From: Candidatus Latescibacterota bacterium
Lineage (GTDB): Bacteria > Latescibacterota > UBA2968
Assembly (NCBI GenBank): GCA_965205975.1
Contig: OZ242195.1
Coordinates: 4,320,001-4,384,000 of the forward strand
DNA length: 64,000 bases
Direction: 5' to 3'
Both the position numbers and the translations under genes were made by a program. Positions within the stretch are counted from its first letter, which is position 1; each line of letters begins with the position of its first letter. The notes beneath the pieces were generated by a model. That model was not told the DNA's origin and ran no database searches. It worked only from the letters and a program-made list of their open reading frames with translations. Shown here piece by piece: positions 1-9,734 of this stretch.

Positions 1-1
1 C

Positions 2-112
2 CGCCTCGGTCCGCCAATAGAAAATCCCGAAGATATACACGCGATTATAGAACAATGGAAACGGGGGGCGACGCCGAGGGATGTAGATAGTGTGGGGTCT
101 GCTGTGCCTTGA
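2..112 (+). CDS. possible 3' end of an upstream gene (truncated by window edge)
   Basis: Frame 2 is open from the window start to TGA at 110-112 (...RLGPPIENPEDIHAIIEQWKRG...); no family recognised. Confidence 0.3.
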   Translation, partial: RLGPPIENPEDIHAIIEQWKRGATPRDVDSVGSAVP

Positions 113-123
113 TGTGGGAAAAA

Positions 124-1182
124 ATGATGAATACTGAGAATGTTGCTATCATCCAGAGTACAGGTGATCTCGCGGCTGATGTGCGAAGCATGATCTCGCA
201 AACCCGCGATGGGGTTGCCCGTACCGTCAATACCGGCATGACGTTTCTCTATTGGCGAATTGGCAAGCGCATTCAGTTGGAAGTCCTTCAAAATGAACGT
301 GCTGAATACGGGAAGGAGATTGTCTCTACACTGTCGAGACAATTGGTTGAAGAATTCGGTAACGGGTTTTCGGAGAAAAGCCTTCGTCACATGATGAAAT
401 TTGCGGATTCGTTCTCAGAGGCAGAGATTGTCTCTACACTGTCGAGACAATTGGGATGGTCTCATTTCAAGGAGATCATCTATCTCAAACAACCCCTCCA
501 GCGCGAGTTTTACGCTGAGATGTGCCGTGCAGAACGGTGGAGCGTCCGCACCTTGCGAAAAAAAATCGGCTCTATGCTCTACGAGCGCACCGCAATCTCG
601 AAGAAACCCGAAGAAGTTGCCCGCGCCGAACTCGCCCAGCTTCGGTCCGGCGATCAACTCTCTCCCGACCTCGTCTTCCGCGATCCATACGTTCTCGATT
701 TTCTTGGACTCAAAGATCGTTATCTCGAAAAAGACCTCGAAGACGCCATTCTGCGCGAACTCGAAACCTTCCTCCTCGAACTCGGCAATGGCTTTGCTTT
801 CCTCGCCCGCCAGCAGCGCATCCAGATTGATTCCGACGACTTCTATCTCGACTTACTCTTCTATCACCGTCGCCTCAAGCGTCTTATCGCTATTGACTTG
901 AAATTGGGCGATTTCAAAGCCGAATACAAAGGTCAGATGGAACTCTACTTGCGCTGGCTGGCTAGGAATGAGCAACAGCCCGGCGAAGCATCGCCCTTGG
1001 GTATCATCATGTGCGCCGGAAAGAAAGAAGAACAAATCGAACTCCTCGAGCTTGACCAGTCTGGCATCCACGTCGCCGAGTATCTCACCGCATTGCCCTC
1101 CCGTGAACTCCTGCAACAGAAACTCCACGCTGCAATCAAAACCTCTCGAGCTAGACTAAACGCAAAAGATTCAGTTGAGTAA
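124..1182 (+). CDS. YhcG/DUF1016 family PD-(D/E)XK nuclease domain protein
   Basis: Family motifs YWRIGKRI, RAEYG, WSHF, WSVRTL, RDPYVLDFL, LLELGNGFAF, DLLFYHRRL, IDLKLGDF, GQMELYL. Confidence 0.92.
   Translation: MMNTENVAIIQSTGDLAADVRSMISQTRDGVARTVNTGMTFLYWRIGKRIQLEVLQNERAEYGKEIVSTLSRQLVEEFGNGFSEKSLRHMMKFADSFSEAEIVSTLSRQLGWSHFKEIIYLKQPLQREFYAEMCRAERWSVRTLRKKIGSMLYERTAISKKPEEVARAELAQLRSGDQLSPDLVFRDPYVLDFLGLKDRYLEKDLEDAILRELETFLLELGNGFAFLARQQRIQIDSDDFYLDLLFYHRRLKRLIAIDLKLGDFKAEYKGQMELYLRWLARNEQQPGEASPLGIIMCAGKKEEQIELLELDQSGIHVAEYLTALPSRELLQQKLHAAIKTSRARLNAKDSVE
316..454 (+). repeat. exact 31-bp intragenic direct repeat (316-346, 424-454), each copy a hairpin
   Basis: GAGATTGTCTCTACACTGTCGAGACAATTGG occurs twice, 108 bp apart; internal inverted repeat ATTGTCTC/GAGACAAT. 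Confidence 0.95.
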
Positions 1183-1325
1183 AAAATGGGAATTATATAC
1201 AAAGAGCCGAAAAACTGATAGGCCAGGTTATTCCATATATTTGGATTAGAGAATCCCGATGAGGTGCGCCCCTTGCAACGTGGGGAGAAACGCTGTAGGA
1301 CATAAGCGGAATGACAAAAAACTAC

Positions 1326-1357
1326 TGGATTGCGGCTCAAAACCATACCGCAATGAC
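1326..1357. repeat. TGGA...TGAC palindromic (REP-like) element
   Basis: TGGATTGCGGCTCAAAACCATACCGCAATGAC is nearly the reverse complement of 57799-57829. Confidence 0.8.
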
Positions 1358-1440
1358 GGCTTTCATGTACAGCACATGCTTTGCTGATCGCTGACCGCTT
1401 CTTTTGCTGACTGCTTTTAGGCTGGTTGGGTGGTGCCCCT

Positions 1441-1468
1441 CTCACGTCTCGCGTCTTACCTCTTACCT
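1441..1468. repeat. degenerate heptamer tandem repeat
   Basis: ctcacgt ctcgcgt cttacct cttacct. Confidence 0.6.
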
Positions 1469-1471
1469 TTT

Positions 1472-2158
1472 TCAATACTCCCACTGCTCATATACTCTTT
1501 TAGCCGGAATCTTGTTCTTCCACTGGCGCATGAGTATATAGCCTACAATAAATCCGGCGATGTGGGCGAACCAGGCCACGTCGCTTGTGCCGCTGGCACT
1601 TGAGGCGTTGAGCAACTGAATGACAAACCATCCACCGAGTACGATCAAGGCTGGTACGCGAAGGATGAAATAAAATACGAGTACCAGTATTCGCGTGCCG
1701 GGAAATGCCGCCAGATAGCCTCCTAATATTCCCGCTATCGCGCCACTGGCACCCACCATTGGGATGGTGGATGCCGGTTCGGAAATCACATGTGATAGTG
1801 TTGCGATCACTCCGCAAAACAAATAGAAGAACAAGAATCGCGTACGTCCCAGTGCGGCTTCTATATTGTTCCCAAATATCCACAGATACAGCATGTTGCC
1901 GCCCAGATGTAATATGCCGCCGTGCATAAACATCGACGATAATAGCGTGAGATATATCGGGATGGGCGTGGGGGAAATTGCGTCAATGCCGTGCATTATT
2001 TCAAAGGGGATTGTCCCATATCGCGCGTTGAGTACATGAAATCCAATGTCGCCCAATAACCACCCGTACACAAAGATGCCCACGTTGGTCAGCAAAATGC
2101 CGATCATCAATACGGGGACACGACCGGAAGGCGTTTCGTCTTTGAGGGGGATCATCAT
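1472..2158 (-). CDS. rhomboid family intramembrane serine protease
   Basis: MIPLKD N-terminus, HGGILHLGGNMLYLWIFGNNIE, GASGA catalytic motif, AWFAHIAGF. Confidence 0.93.
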   Translation of the reverse strand: MMIPLKDETPSGRVPVLMIGILLTNVGIFVYGWLLGDIGFHVLNARYGTIPFEIMHGIDAISPTPIPIYLTLLSSMFMHGGILHLGGNMLYLWIFGNNIEAALGRTRFLFFYLFCGVIATLSHVISEPASTIPMVGASGAIAGILGGYLAAFPGTRILVLVFYFILRVPALIVLGGWFVIQLLNASSASGTSDVAWFAHIAGFIVGYILMRQWKNKIPAKRVYEQWEY

Positions 2159-2160
2159 GG

Positions 2161-4170
2161 CTATTTGATCCTGAATGTGGTGGTGCGCCGCGATTCATTG
2201 CCACAGATGTCGCGTACGATGACTTCCAGTTTATGCGCTCCGGGAGTCAGGGGTTTTCGCGGTTTGGCAAAGATGCGATTTTCTTCCGGGTCGTATTCCA
2301 CAATGAGCGCTTTGCCGTTGATGCGCATCACCATATCTTCCTCTCGCCAAATACCCGAAGATGTATCCCATACAGAAGCTGCAACTCTGGGTTGGCGCTG
2401 TGCGATTACTGTGCCGTTAGCAGGGGTTATGCTGGCAATTCTGGGGGGTACAGTGTCGGCGAGCAATGCATATACGCCAAAGTTTCGCACGTTTCCCGTT
2501 ATAGCGCGTAGCTTTGAATTGCGTTCCTTATCGACAAAGGTCCAGCTATTTCTTCCGTTCCATTTATAGATGCCGAGTTTGTCTATATTGGGATGATCAG
2601 GAGGGTAGATAAACGCGATTTCTGCCCCTTTGAATGCCACGTCTCCGGGCATGATCCGGAACGCGGTTCCCACCATGCGTTTGTCCTTTATCCGGTTTTC
2701 GGACTCTATGCGTCCATACAGGGTTTCGTAAACGCCTTCTTTCTCAAATCGCACCCGCACCAATCCGTCATCCGAGCGCATTTCGCCGCCATCTGGTGTG
2801 ACGGTTTGCTGGATGATTCGCAGTTTCTGTGTTTGTCCGTTTGTTTCAATTTGCAGGTCTATGTCGTCGGTGTGCTTTTCATCAAATGGAATGACAACCT
2901 GATATGTTTTCAAACCCATCTGTTGAACTGCGAGGGATCGCGTCGATTGTTTGGAAAGTTGTGCTCGCACGGTTGGTGTTTCTGATAGGGTCTGATTGGC
3001 TGTGATGTAGATAACTGCGAAGGTGGGGAAATACGATGTTTTGCTGGTTATTTTTGGGTTGTGTTGTGGTGAGTTTTTAGAGGGAAATATTCTATCCGCG
3101 TTCTGCACCCGCAGAAATACGACTGCTGTTGCGCGATTTCCCTTTACGTCCTCAGCAATAATCTGCAGGCGATGTACGCCCGGCGAGAGTTCATGTCCCG
3201 CACCGTCGGTTTTGGTTCCCGCGAATAATACGCCTGATCCCACTTTGTAATCGCCGTAAAAAGGCAGGCGGTTGCCGGGTTTGCGATACAGGCTGTGAAA
3301 TCGCCCCAGGCCACGACGGCTCATATAAAAGTCATAGGCGAGTTCTCCGTGGCGCGTTACGTCGTATCCAAACAGCCCACAGGTCTTTTGAAATATCTCT
3401 TCGCCATTTATCAGGAGTCGTATGCGATAAGGGGCCAATCGATTTGTTAGCCGAGAGTCATCTGCGCGGTCAAATACTTTCAAGCCCACACCAATGCGAC
3501 CCCAGACTGCTATGGTATCGGGATGTGTGAAGACTTTTTTTGTTGTACGATAGGCAAGGCGGTATGACACTGGTTTGTGTCCGCCTTTGACCCGTGTATC
3601 TGCGTTTAAGGGTGCGAGGCCGATTGCCTGTATGGTTGGGGGCAGTGTGTCTTTGATATCAAATCCATGGAGCAGGGGATTTATGGGGCGATGTTTCGCG
3701 TCGCGCAATTCGAAATGCAGATGCGGTACGCCAATGCCCGTGCTGCCCGAATATCCCACTATTTCTCCGCGCTTGACGGGGATTTGGTCGGGGCGAAAAT
3801 ACAGATTTACGCTGTATGTCCCGCGGCGGTCTTGCTCTTGCTGGACGTATTTTTCAATGCGTTTGGAAAATCCCGATAAGTGCGCCCAGAGCGCGAATAG
3901 CCCATTGTCGAGTTGAACATATACCACCCTGCCGTATCCCCAGGGCGATGTGCGGACCCGCCAGACGTATCCATCGGCAATCGCTGTTACGGGATATCCT
4001 TCTTTGCCATAGGTTTTCAAGTCGATTGCCGCGTGCAATCGTCCACCCCGATATTCGCCAAAGGTCGATGTCAACGCCGGGGGGGCATCCATGGGCCAGT
4101 GATAATTTTCTGTGTGTGCAGTTGTGAGGAGGGATAGGATAATATAACTTATGGCAGATAGACGGAGCAT
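2161..4170 (-). CDS. M23 family metallopeptidase (secreted)
   Basis: Signal peptide, FGEYRGGRLHAAIDLK (HxxxD), PHLHFELRD (HxH); start placed at ATG 4170. Confidence 0.88.
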   Translation of the reverse strand: MLRLSAISYIILSLLTTAHTENYHWPMDAPPALTSTFGEYRGGRLHAAIDLKTYGKEGYPVTAIADGYVWRVRTSPWGYGRVVYVQLDNGLFALWAHLSGFSKRIEKYVQQEQDRRGTYSVNLYFRPDQIPVKRGEIVGYSGSTGIGVPHLHFELRDAKHRPINPLLHGFDIKDTLPPTIQAIGLAPLNADTRVKGGHKPVSYRLAYRTTKKVFTHPDTIAVWGRIGVGLKVFDRADDSRLTNRLAPYRIRLLINGEEIFQKTCGLFGYDVTRHGELAYDFYMSRRGLGRFHSLYRKPGNRLPFYGDYKVGSGVLFAGTKTDGAGHELSPGVHRLQIIAEDVKGNRATAVVFLRVQNADRIFPSKNSPQHNPKITSKTSYFPTFAVIYITANQTLSETPTVRAQLSKQSTRSLAVQQMGLKTYQVVIPFDEKHTDDIDLQIETNGQTQKLRIIQQTVTPDGGEMRSDDGLVRVRFEKEGVYETLYGRIESENRIKDKRMVGTAFRIMPGDVAFKGAEIAFIYPPDHPNIDKLGIYKWNGRNSWTFVDKERNSKLRAITGNVRNFGVYALLADTVPPRIASITPANGTVIAQRQPRVAASVWDTSSGIWREEDMVMRINGKALIVEYDPEENRIFAKPRKPLTPGAHKLEVIVRDICGNESRRTTTFRIK

Positions 4171-4180
4171 ATAAAAAAGC

Positions 4181-4208
4181 AGTAAGGGGTAAGAGGTAAG
4201 ATGTGAGT
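4181..4208. repeat. degenerate heptamer tandem repeat
   Basis: agtaagg ggtaaga ggtaaga tgtgagt; reverse complement resembles the 1441-1468 tract. Confidence 0.6.
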
Positions 4209-4418
4209 ACATCGCTCAGTATATGACTTTTGCTCATCTTCGTCAAGAAGCTGAATGGGTCTGTATTTATAGAAAAAAACCTTGCCAGTACAAAGTCCAA
4301 CAAGTAGATTACAAAATTGGTGTGGCTGGGCGGCATCCTGCATAATCCTGTATAATGTGTACAACTTCGACAGAAGTTTATCCTGTAAATCCTGATCCTA
4401 TCTGAAGGAGAAGTCCCA

Positions 4419-6242
4419 ATGCTCGCTCAAATGCGTAGTGCTACTTTTATCAAGGCTATGATGATTATTGTTGCGGTTGCTTTTGTCGGCCTTATGGTGT
4501 TTGAATGGGGTGCTGATTTTAGCAGTCGGGGTTTTGCCGCTGTTGGTGATAATGTCGGCTCTGTGAATGGTCAGGACATTTCTGTGAAGCAGTTTGAAGC
4601 CGAAATCCAAAATGACCTTCAACAGGCCAGGGCGCGTGGCAATCAAGATCCCGATGTGAGCCAGATTATCTCTCAGACCTGGGAGCGCGTGGTTACGCAA
4701 ACCCTGTTCGGGCAACAAATTGCGAAGTACGGCATTGCCGTTACCGATGCTGAGGTCGATCATATCAATCGCACGCAGCCCGCCGAGTGGATACAACAAC
4801 AAGAATTTTTCCATACTAATGGCACTTTTGATCCCGCTAAATATAACCAATTTCTCGACGATCCCGGCACTTACAGCGACCCTCGAATGAAGCAATTTGT
4901 TCTGTTTGCCGAAGAGAATGCGCGAAGTCAGTTGCTTTCCCAAAAGCTCGAAACGCTCATTGTAGGTTCGGTGAAAGTCTCCGATGCGGAGATTGAGAAA
5001 GCGTATATTGAACAGAACGAAAAAGTACGCGTGTCTTATATTGGGTTTGATGCCAACGCCATTCCCGATTCGCTCGCGCTGGTCGCCGATACTGAGATTC
5101 AAACTTATTACGAAGGCCATCGGGATGAATATCAGGAAGATGCCGCCGTGCGCGTCGCTTTTGTTTCTTTGCCGAAAGCAGCGACCGCACGCGATGAAGC
5201 CGAAGCCAAAGCCGAGATTGATCGGGTTTTCGCCGAAGCCAAAGCCAGTGATGATTTTGCCGAACTCGCCAGAGCGTATTCCGATGGGCCAAGTGGCCCG
5301 CGCGGTGGTGATCTCGGTTTCTTTGGAAGGGGGCGCATGGTCAAGCCTTTTGAAGATGCGGCTTTCGCGCTCAATGCGGGGGAAATATCCGATCCCGTTA
5401 AAACTCAGTTTGGCTGGCATGTTATTAAGGTGGAGGAGACGAGAGGCGCAGCGGATAGTCTCGAGGTTCACGCGCGGCATATCCTCATTGAGGTGCGCCC
5501 CGGGCGCGATACGCTCGACAGTTTGCGCGTGCTTGCCGAAGAGTTTGCAGAAATAGCCGAGGATGTCGGGTTTGACTCGGCTGTCAACCAGAGGGATTTG
5601 CAGAGTCAGGACTCGGAGTTTATTACCGCTGGTGGCTTTTTCCCACTGCTGGGCAATAGCACGTCGGGGCTGGTGAACAAATTTTTGCGCGGTTCTCCCG
5701 GCGATGTTTCCGGTGTTTATGAAAATGACCAGGGCATCCACGTTTTTGCTTTGCGAGAGATTCGCGAGGCGGGTCCCCGGCCTTTGGATGAGGTTAAACC
5801 GCAGATTGAGGCGAGTCTGAAAACGAAAAAGAAGGTCGAGGTTGCAGCTGGTCGGTTGACCGAGGTGATGGGGCAGATCAAGACGGGCAAATCACTCGAG
5901 GAGGCAGCCGAGTTTTTCAACCTCACGGTTCAGACACCGCAGCCTTTTGCGCGCACGGGCTTTGTTCCCAGTGTGGGCAGTCGCAATGCTTTTGTGGGCG
6001 CGGCATTTCGTTTGTCAACGGGTCAGACGACTGAGATCGTCAAAACTGATCGCGGGGCTTATATTTTGCGCGTGGAGGAAAGACAATCTGTTGATAAGAC
6101 GGGTTTAGAGTCGGCAAAAGGGACGTTATTGCAGCAGGTGCTTTCGCAAAAACGCCAGGAGGTTTTCACTGCCTGGTTTGCCGATTTGCGAGAGAATGCC
6201 GATATTGTCGATTACCGTCATTTCTTCTACTCCGATTATTAG
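4419..6242 (+). CDS. PpiD/SurA-like periplasmic chaperone, parvulin-type peptidyl-prolyl isomerase
   Basis: N-terminal TM anchor, SurA N domain, [37 protein letters not shown]...[19 protein letters not shown]. Confidence 0.9.
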   Translation: MLAQMRSATFIKAMMIIVAVAFVGLMVFEWGADFSSRGFAAVGDNVGSVNGQDISVKQFEAEIQNDLQQARARGNQDPDVSQIISQTWERVVTQTLFGQQIAKYGIAVTDAEVDHINRTQPAEWIQQQEFFHTNGTFDPAKYNQFLDDPGTYSDPRMKQFVLFAEENARSQLLSQKLETLIVGSVKVSDAEIEKAYIEQNEKVRVSYIGFDANAIPDSLALVADTEIQTYYEGHRDEYQEDAAVRVAFVSLPKAATARDEAEAKAEIDRVFAEAKASDDFAELARAYSDGPSGPRGGDLGFFGRGRMVKPFEDAAFALNAGEISDPVKTQFGWHVIKVEETRGAADSLEVHARHILIEVRPGRDTLDSLRVLAEEFAEIAEDVGFDSAVNQRDLQSQDSEFITAGGFFPLLGNSTSGLVNKFLRGSPGDVSGVYENDQGIHVFALREIREAGPRPLDEVKPQIEASLKTKKKVEVAAGRLTEVMGQIKTGKSLEEAAEFFNLTVQTPQPFARTGFVPSVGSRNAFVGAAFRLSTGQTTEIVKTDRGAYILRVEERQSVDKTGLESAKGTLLQQVLSQKRQEVFTAWFADLRENADIVDYRHFFYSDY

Positions 6243-6254
6243 AGGACTGAACAC

Positions 6255-7982
6255 GTGATTCGCCTTGCCCTATCGCAAATTAATGTCACCGTTGGTGATC
6301 TTGCGGGCAACCGTGAAAAAATTCTCGACCATATTCACAGGGCGCGCGATTTTGGGGCGCATATTGTCGTTTTTCCCGAACTCGCGATCCCGGGCTATCC
6401 GCCCGAGGATTTGCTTTTTAAGCCTCGGTTTATCCAATCCAACCTCGATGTGTTGAACGAACTCGTTCGGGCGACGCAGGGTGTTGCTGCGATTTTCGGA
6501 TTTGTGGATCGTCACGACGATATCTACAATGCCGCAGCGATTGCTTGCGACGGGCGCTTGATCGATGTTTATCACAAGACCTATTTGCCCAATTACGGCG
6601 TCTTTGACGAAGACCGCTATTTCCAATCTGGGAAGACCGCAGGGGTGTATCGTCTCAATGGTATCACTTTTGGGGTTACGATCTGCGAAGATATCTGGTA
6701 TCCCGGCGGTCCCGCTCGGGAGCAAGCACTTGCTGGCGATGCCGAGGTGCTGATCAATATTTCTTCCTCCCCTTTCCACGATGGCAAAGAGTTGTTGCGC
6801 GAGCAGATGATTGCTACGCGCGCGACGGATAATAGTGCAGTTCTGGCTTTTTGCAATCTCGTCGGTGGGCAGGATGAGTTGATTTTTGATGGGGGCAGCC
6901 TGATTGTCGATCAAGAAGGGCGTGTTATTGCGCGGTCTCCCCGGTTTGAGGAAGACCTGCTGGTGGCGGATGTTGATGTTGAAGCTGTTTTTCGCAACCG
7001 CCTGCACGATTCACGCCGGCGCAAGGAGAAGCGCGATGTTTCTTCTCCCGTCGCCGTTGATCTGCCGGATCTGAAACCCAAATCTGTATGTCTTTCTCCA
7101 TCTGAGAGACCAGATTTTCCGCGTCCTGATGAGCGTCTCAAGAATATTTACGATGCGCTTGTTCTGGGTACGCGCGATTATGTTTTGAAGAATGGGTTTG
7201 AGAAGGTTTTTATCGGGCTGTCCGGTGGGATTGATTCGGCACTTGTCACGGCTGTTGCCTATGATGCGCTGGGGAGAGAGAATGTGGTGTGTGTGACGAT
7301 GCCCACTCAATTTTCTTCAGAGGGCACGTTTAACGATGCCTTGCAGATGGCGGGGAATCTCGATATTCGCATTCTGACGTTGCCGATTCAAACGTTGTTC
7401 GACCAGTATCTCGGTCTTCTTGCCGATGAGTTTGGCGATTTGCCTTCTGATACTGCGGAGGAGAATATTCAGCCGCGCATTCGGGGTACTTTGCTGATGG
7501 CGCTTGCCAATAAGTTTCGCGCGCTGGTGCTGGCGCCGGGGAATAAGAGCGAGTTGAGCATGGGGTATGCGACGCTTTACGGCGATATGGCGGGTGGGTT
7601 TGCGGTTATTAAGGATATTTACAAAACCGTTGTCTATGATCTGGCGCATTATCGCAATAGCCTATCGGATCATCCCGTTATTCCCGTTTCGATTATCGAG
7701 CGACCGCCTACGGCGGAGTTGCGCGATAATCAGAAAGATACGGATAGTTTGCCTCCTTATCCGGTGCTGGATCCGATTCTCAAAGCGTATGTGGAGGACG
7801 ATACGAGTTTGCAAGATATTATTGCGCTGGGTTATGACGAGGAACTCGTTACGCGGGTTATCCGCACGGTGGATATCAACGAGTACAAACGCCGCCAGGC
7901 GCCTCCGGGTATCAAGATTACGCCCCGCGCATTCGGTCGCGATAGGCGCTTGCCCATTACGAATCGGTGTCGGGAATATTAG
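6255..7982 (+). CDS. nadE: glutamine-dependent NAD+ synthetase
   Basis: Nitrilase domain (FPEL, LPNYGVFDE, ICEDIW) plus GLSGGIDSA, ENIQPRIRG, NKSE, EYKRRQAPPG. Confidence 0.96.
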   Translation: MIRLALSQINVTVGDLAGNREKILDHIHRARDFGAHIVVFPELAIPGYPPEDLLFKPRFIQSNLDVLNELVRATQGVAAIFGFVDRHDDIYNAAAIACDGRLIDVYHKTYLPNYGVFDEDRYFQSGKTAGVYRLNGITFGVTICEDIWYPGGPAREQALAGDAEVLINISSSPFHDGKELLREQMIATRATDNSAVLAFCNLVGGQDELIFDGGSLIVDQEGRVIARSPRFEEDLLVADVDVEAVFRNRLHDSRRRKEKRDVSSPVAVDLPDLKPKSVCLSPSERPDFPRPDERLKNIYDALVLGTRDYVLKNGFEKVFIGLSGGIDSALVTAVAYDALGRENVVCVTMPTQFSSEGTFNDALQMAGNLDIRILTLPIQTLFDQYLGLLADEFGDLPSDTAEENIQPRIRGTLLMALANKFRALVLAPGNKSELSMGYATLYGDMAGGFAVIKDIYKTVVYDLAHYRNSLSDHPVIPVSIIERPPTAELRDNQKDTDSLPPYPVLDPILKAYVEDDTSLQDIIALGYDEELVTRVIRTVDINEYKRRQAPPGIKITPRAFGRDRRLPITNRCREY

Positions 7983-7994
7983 GTGGAGGATGCT

Positions 7995-8495
7995 ATGAGA
8001 TCCCGTGTGATTTTAGCAACACTATGTTTCTTTTGGGTGACTTTGCATACGTCATCCATCCGAGCAGAAGAAACATGGAAAAAAGTAGAAGTGGGACCAG
8101 ATAAGGGGAGCTATAAGGGGAAATTGTGGGGTTTGGACGCGCTTGCCAGGTTTGAAAATGATCAAAAGTTTGTCACATTCACTGTTAATCAGCAGTATTC
8201 CTCTGTGAAAGCCGCTGTCGAGACCTGCAGGCGAGTGGGTGGCCTGGCTGAGGGCGTCATAAGCGAGTACGGTTCCTTTGACATTGTTCGCGAGATTAAT
8301 CAACGCGCAGTGATTAATATTTTTCCCGGTCTCGTTGAGATCAACCAACAAGCCCACCGACAGGTGATATTTACAGCCCCTTGCAATATATCAATCAAAA
8401 ATAAAGACAATCCCAAAATCCGCACTGATCTTAGCGTCGAAGACAAAAGCACCACGTTTAGGATGCAACTTACATTGCCGATAAAGACTCAGTAG
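7995..8495 (+). CDS. hypothetical secreted protein
   Basis: GGAGG RBS, signal-peptide-like N-terminus; no family recognised. Confidence 0.7.
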   Translation: MRSRVILATLCFFWVTLHTSSIRAEETWKKVEVGPDKGSYKGKLWGLDALARFENDQKFVTFTVNQQYSSVKAAVETCRRVGGLAEGVISEYGSFDIVREINQRAVINIFPGLVEINQQAHRQVIFTAPCNISIKNKDNPKIRTDLSVEDKSTTFRMQLTLPIKTQ

Positions 8496-8498
8496 TTG

Positions 8499-8602
8499 CA
8501 AAAGGGTATCAACGAACCGCATTAAATTATGCCCTGTGCAGCACAATGAAGCATTTTAGCAAAAAAAGAGCGAGCCAAAAAGGACTCGCTCTCTTCATTT
8601 TA
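8499..8602. repeat. ~100-bp direct repeat, copy 1 (includes terminator hairpin)
   Basis: Aligns by eye with 10768-10870 with about 14 differences; hairpin gagcgag...ctcgctc next to an A-run. Confidence 0.9.
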
Positions 8603-8654
8603 TTGATTTCTGAGGTCACATAGGACGCTCCAGAAGCGGTCCGACAACAAAGGT

Positions 8655-9713
8655 TCAATCGCGCCAGATATCGCGAATGGGCAACTGATGGTAGCTCCGA
8701 GACTTGAAAAATTTATCAAACTCGACCGTGGAAGGAAATTCAACTGTGATTTCGTTCTCCAATCTTTGCAGGACTTTGTCGCCTATTAGTGTTGCGGATC
8801 TTCCCTGTAAGGCTTTTTCGTACCATACATCAAGCTCATCTTCCGTTATCACGCTTTGAATTCTGTTTGCACTACCAAATTGTCGCAATACCGAAATTAG
8901 AACGTCTTTCTCGCACGCTTTGCAAACAATGATGATTCTATCGGCTGAAATGTTATTAGAAATATCGTCTGCCATTTCGGGCGTCAGGGATAAATGCTTT
9001 ATTTGAATAGCGACGCCAAAATTTGCCCACATATCAAGCCCTCTATCAGCGGCGTTCGTCACGCCAACTCTATAGACCTTAGCGTCTTGATACGTCTCGG
9101 ACATTGCTTGAGACAATCCAAGTACTTTTTTTGTGAAGTCGGAAAAATCCCGGAGAATCGCGTTTTCAATATTCTCAATCTTCACGCCGACTTTTACTTC
9201 AAGAGCTTCTAAAAGCGTTGAGAACAAGGCATAGACCACGATTTCAAAAATTTTATCGACACTTCTCGCCAAACCGGGGTCACGCCTGAAACCCGCAATA
9301 AAGTTCTGCAATTTGAAACTCGTTCGGTCTGAATATCTCACATAATCTAACCATTTCGACATTTGGGCGTGTTTCTGTCCAAAAGCCTCGTATATGTAGG
9401 CTTCTACTGCGCCATTATATCTTCGATTTATCTCTCCCAGTGTCGCCAGAATGGGCGGAGGTATCGCATTTGACTCAAAAAGATTGTCCTGGAATCGCGC
9501 GCTTGAGGTCGAAGTTCTTCCCAAAATTTTTAGACAAACCTCGTCGCGCCATCTTCTTGATTGCGTTCGATAAGTGTCCAAATCCTCGAGATCAATATCG
9601 CCGACCACTCTGTCCCTGTAGAGTATCTCTGCAACCTGTATTGGTTTATAGAGATGGATGCGGGCTTTTTTGATCACGATATCCAGGCTTCGTTTTGCAG
9701 CGCGATTGTCCAT
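8655..9713 (-). CDS. type II restriction endonuclease, HaeII family
   Basis: N-terminus KKARIHLYKPIQVAEILYRDR and YRVGVTNAADRGLDMWANFG-IQIKH resemble the HaeII family; adjacent to a C5 MTase. Confidence 0.8.
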   Translation of the reverse strand: MDNRAAKRSLDIVIKKARIHLYKPIQVAEILYRDRVVGDIDLEDLDTYRTQSRRWRDEVCLKILGRTSTSSARFQDNLFESNAIPPPILATLGEINRRYNGAVEAYIYEAFGQKHAQMSKWLDYVRYSDRTSFKLQNFIAGFRRDPGLARSVDKIFEIVVYALFSTLLEALEVKVGVKIENIENAILRDFSDFTKKVLGLSQAMSETYQDAKVYRVGVTNAADRGLDMWANFGVAIQIKHLSLTPEMADDISNNISADRIIIVCKACEKDVLISVLRQFGSANRIQSVITEDELDVWYEKALQGRSATLIGDKVLQRLENEITVEFPSTVEFDKFFKSRSYHQLPIRDIWRD

Positions 9714-9734
9714 TAAGTATAAGTCCTGGTGTTT

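Noticed and set aside
316..454. Mini-CRISPR interpretation of the 31-bp repeats
   Set aside because: Only two copies, 77-bp spacer, in frame within a CDS, no cas genes
4398..5741. 447-aa minus-strand ORF
   Set aside because: Antisense shadow of the PpiD/SurA gene, no motifs
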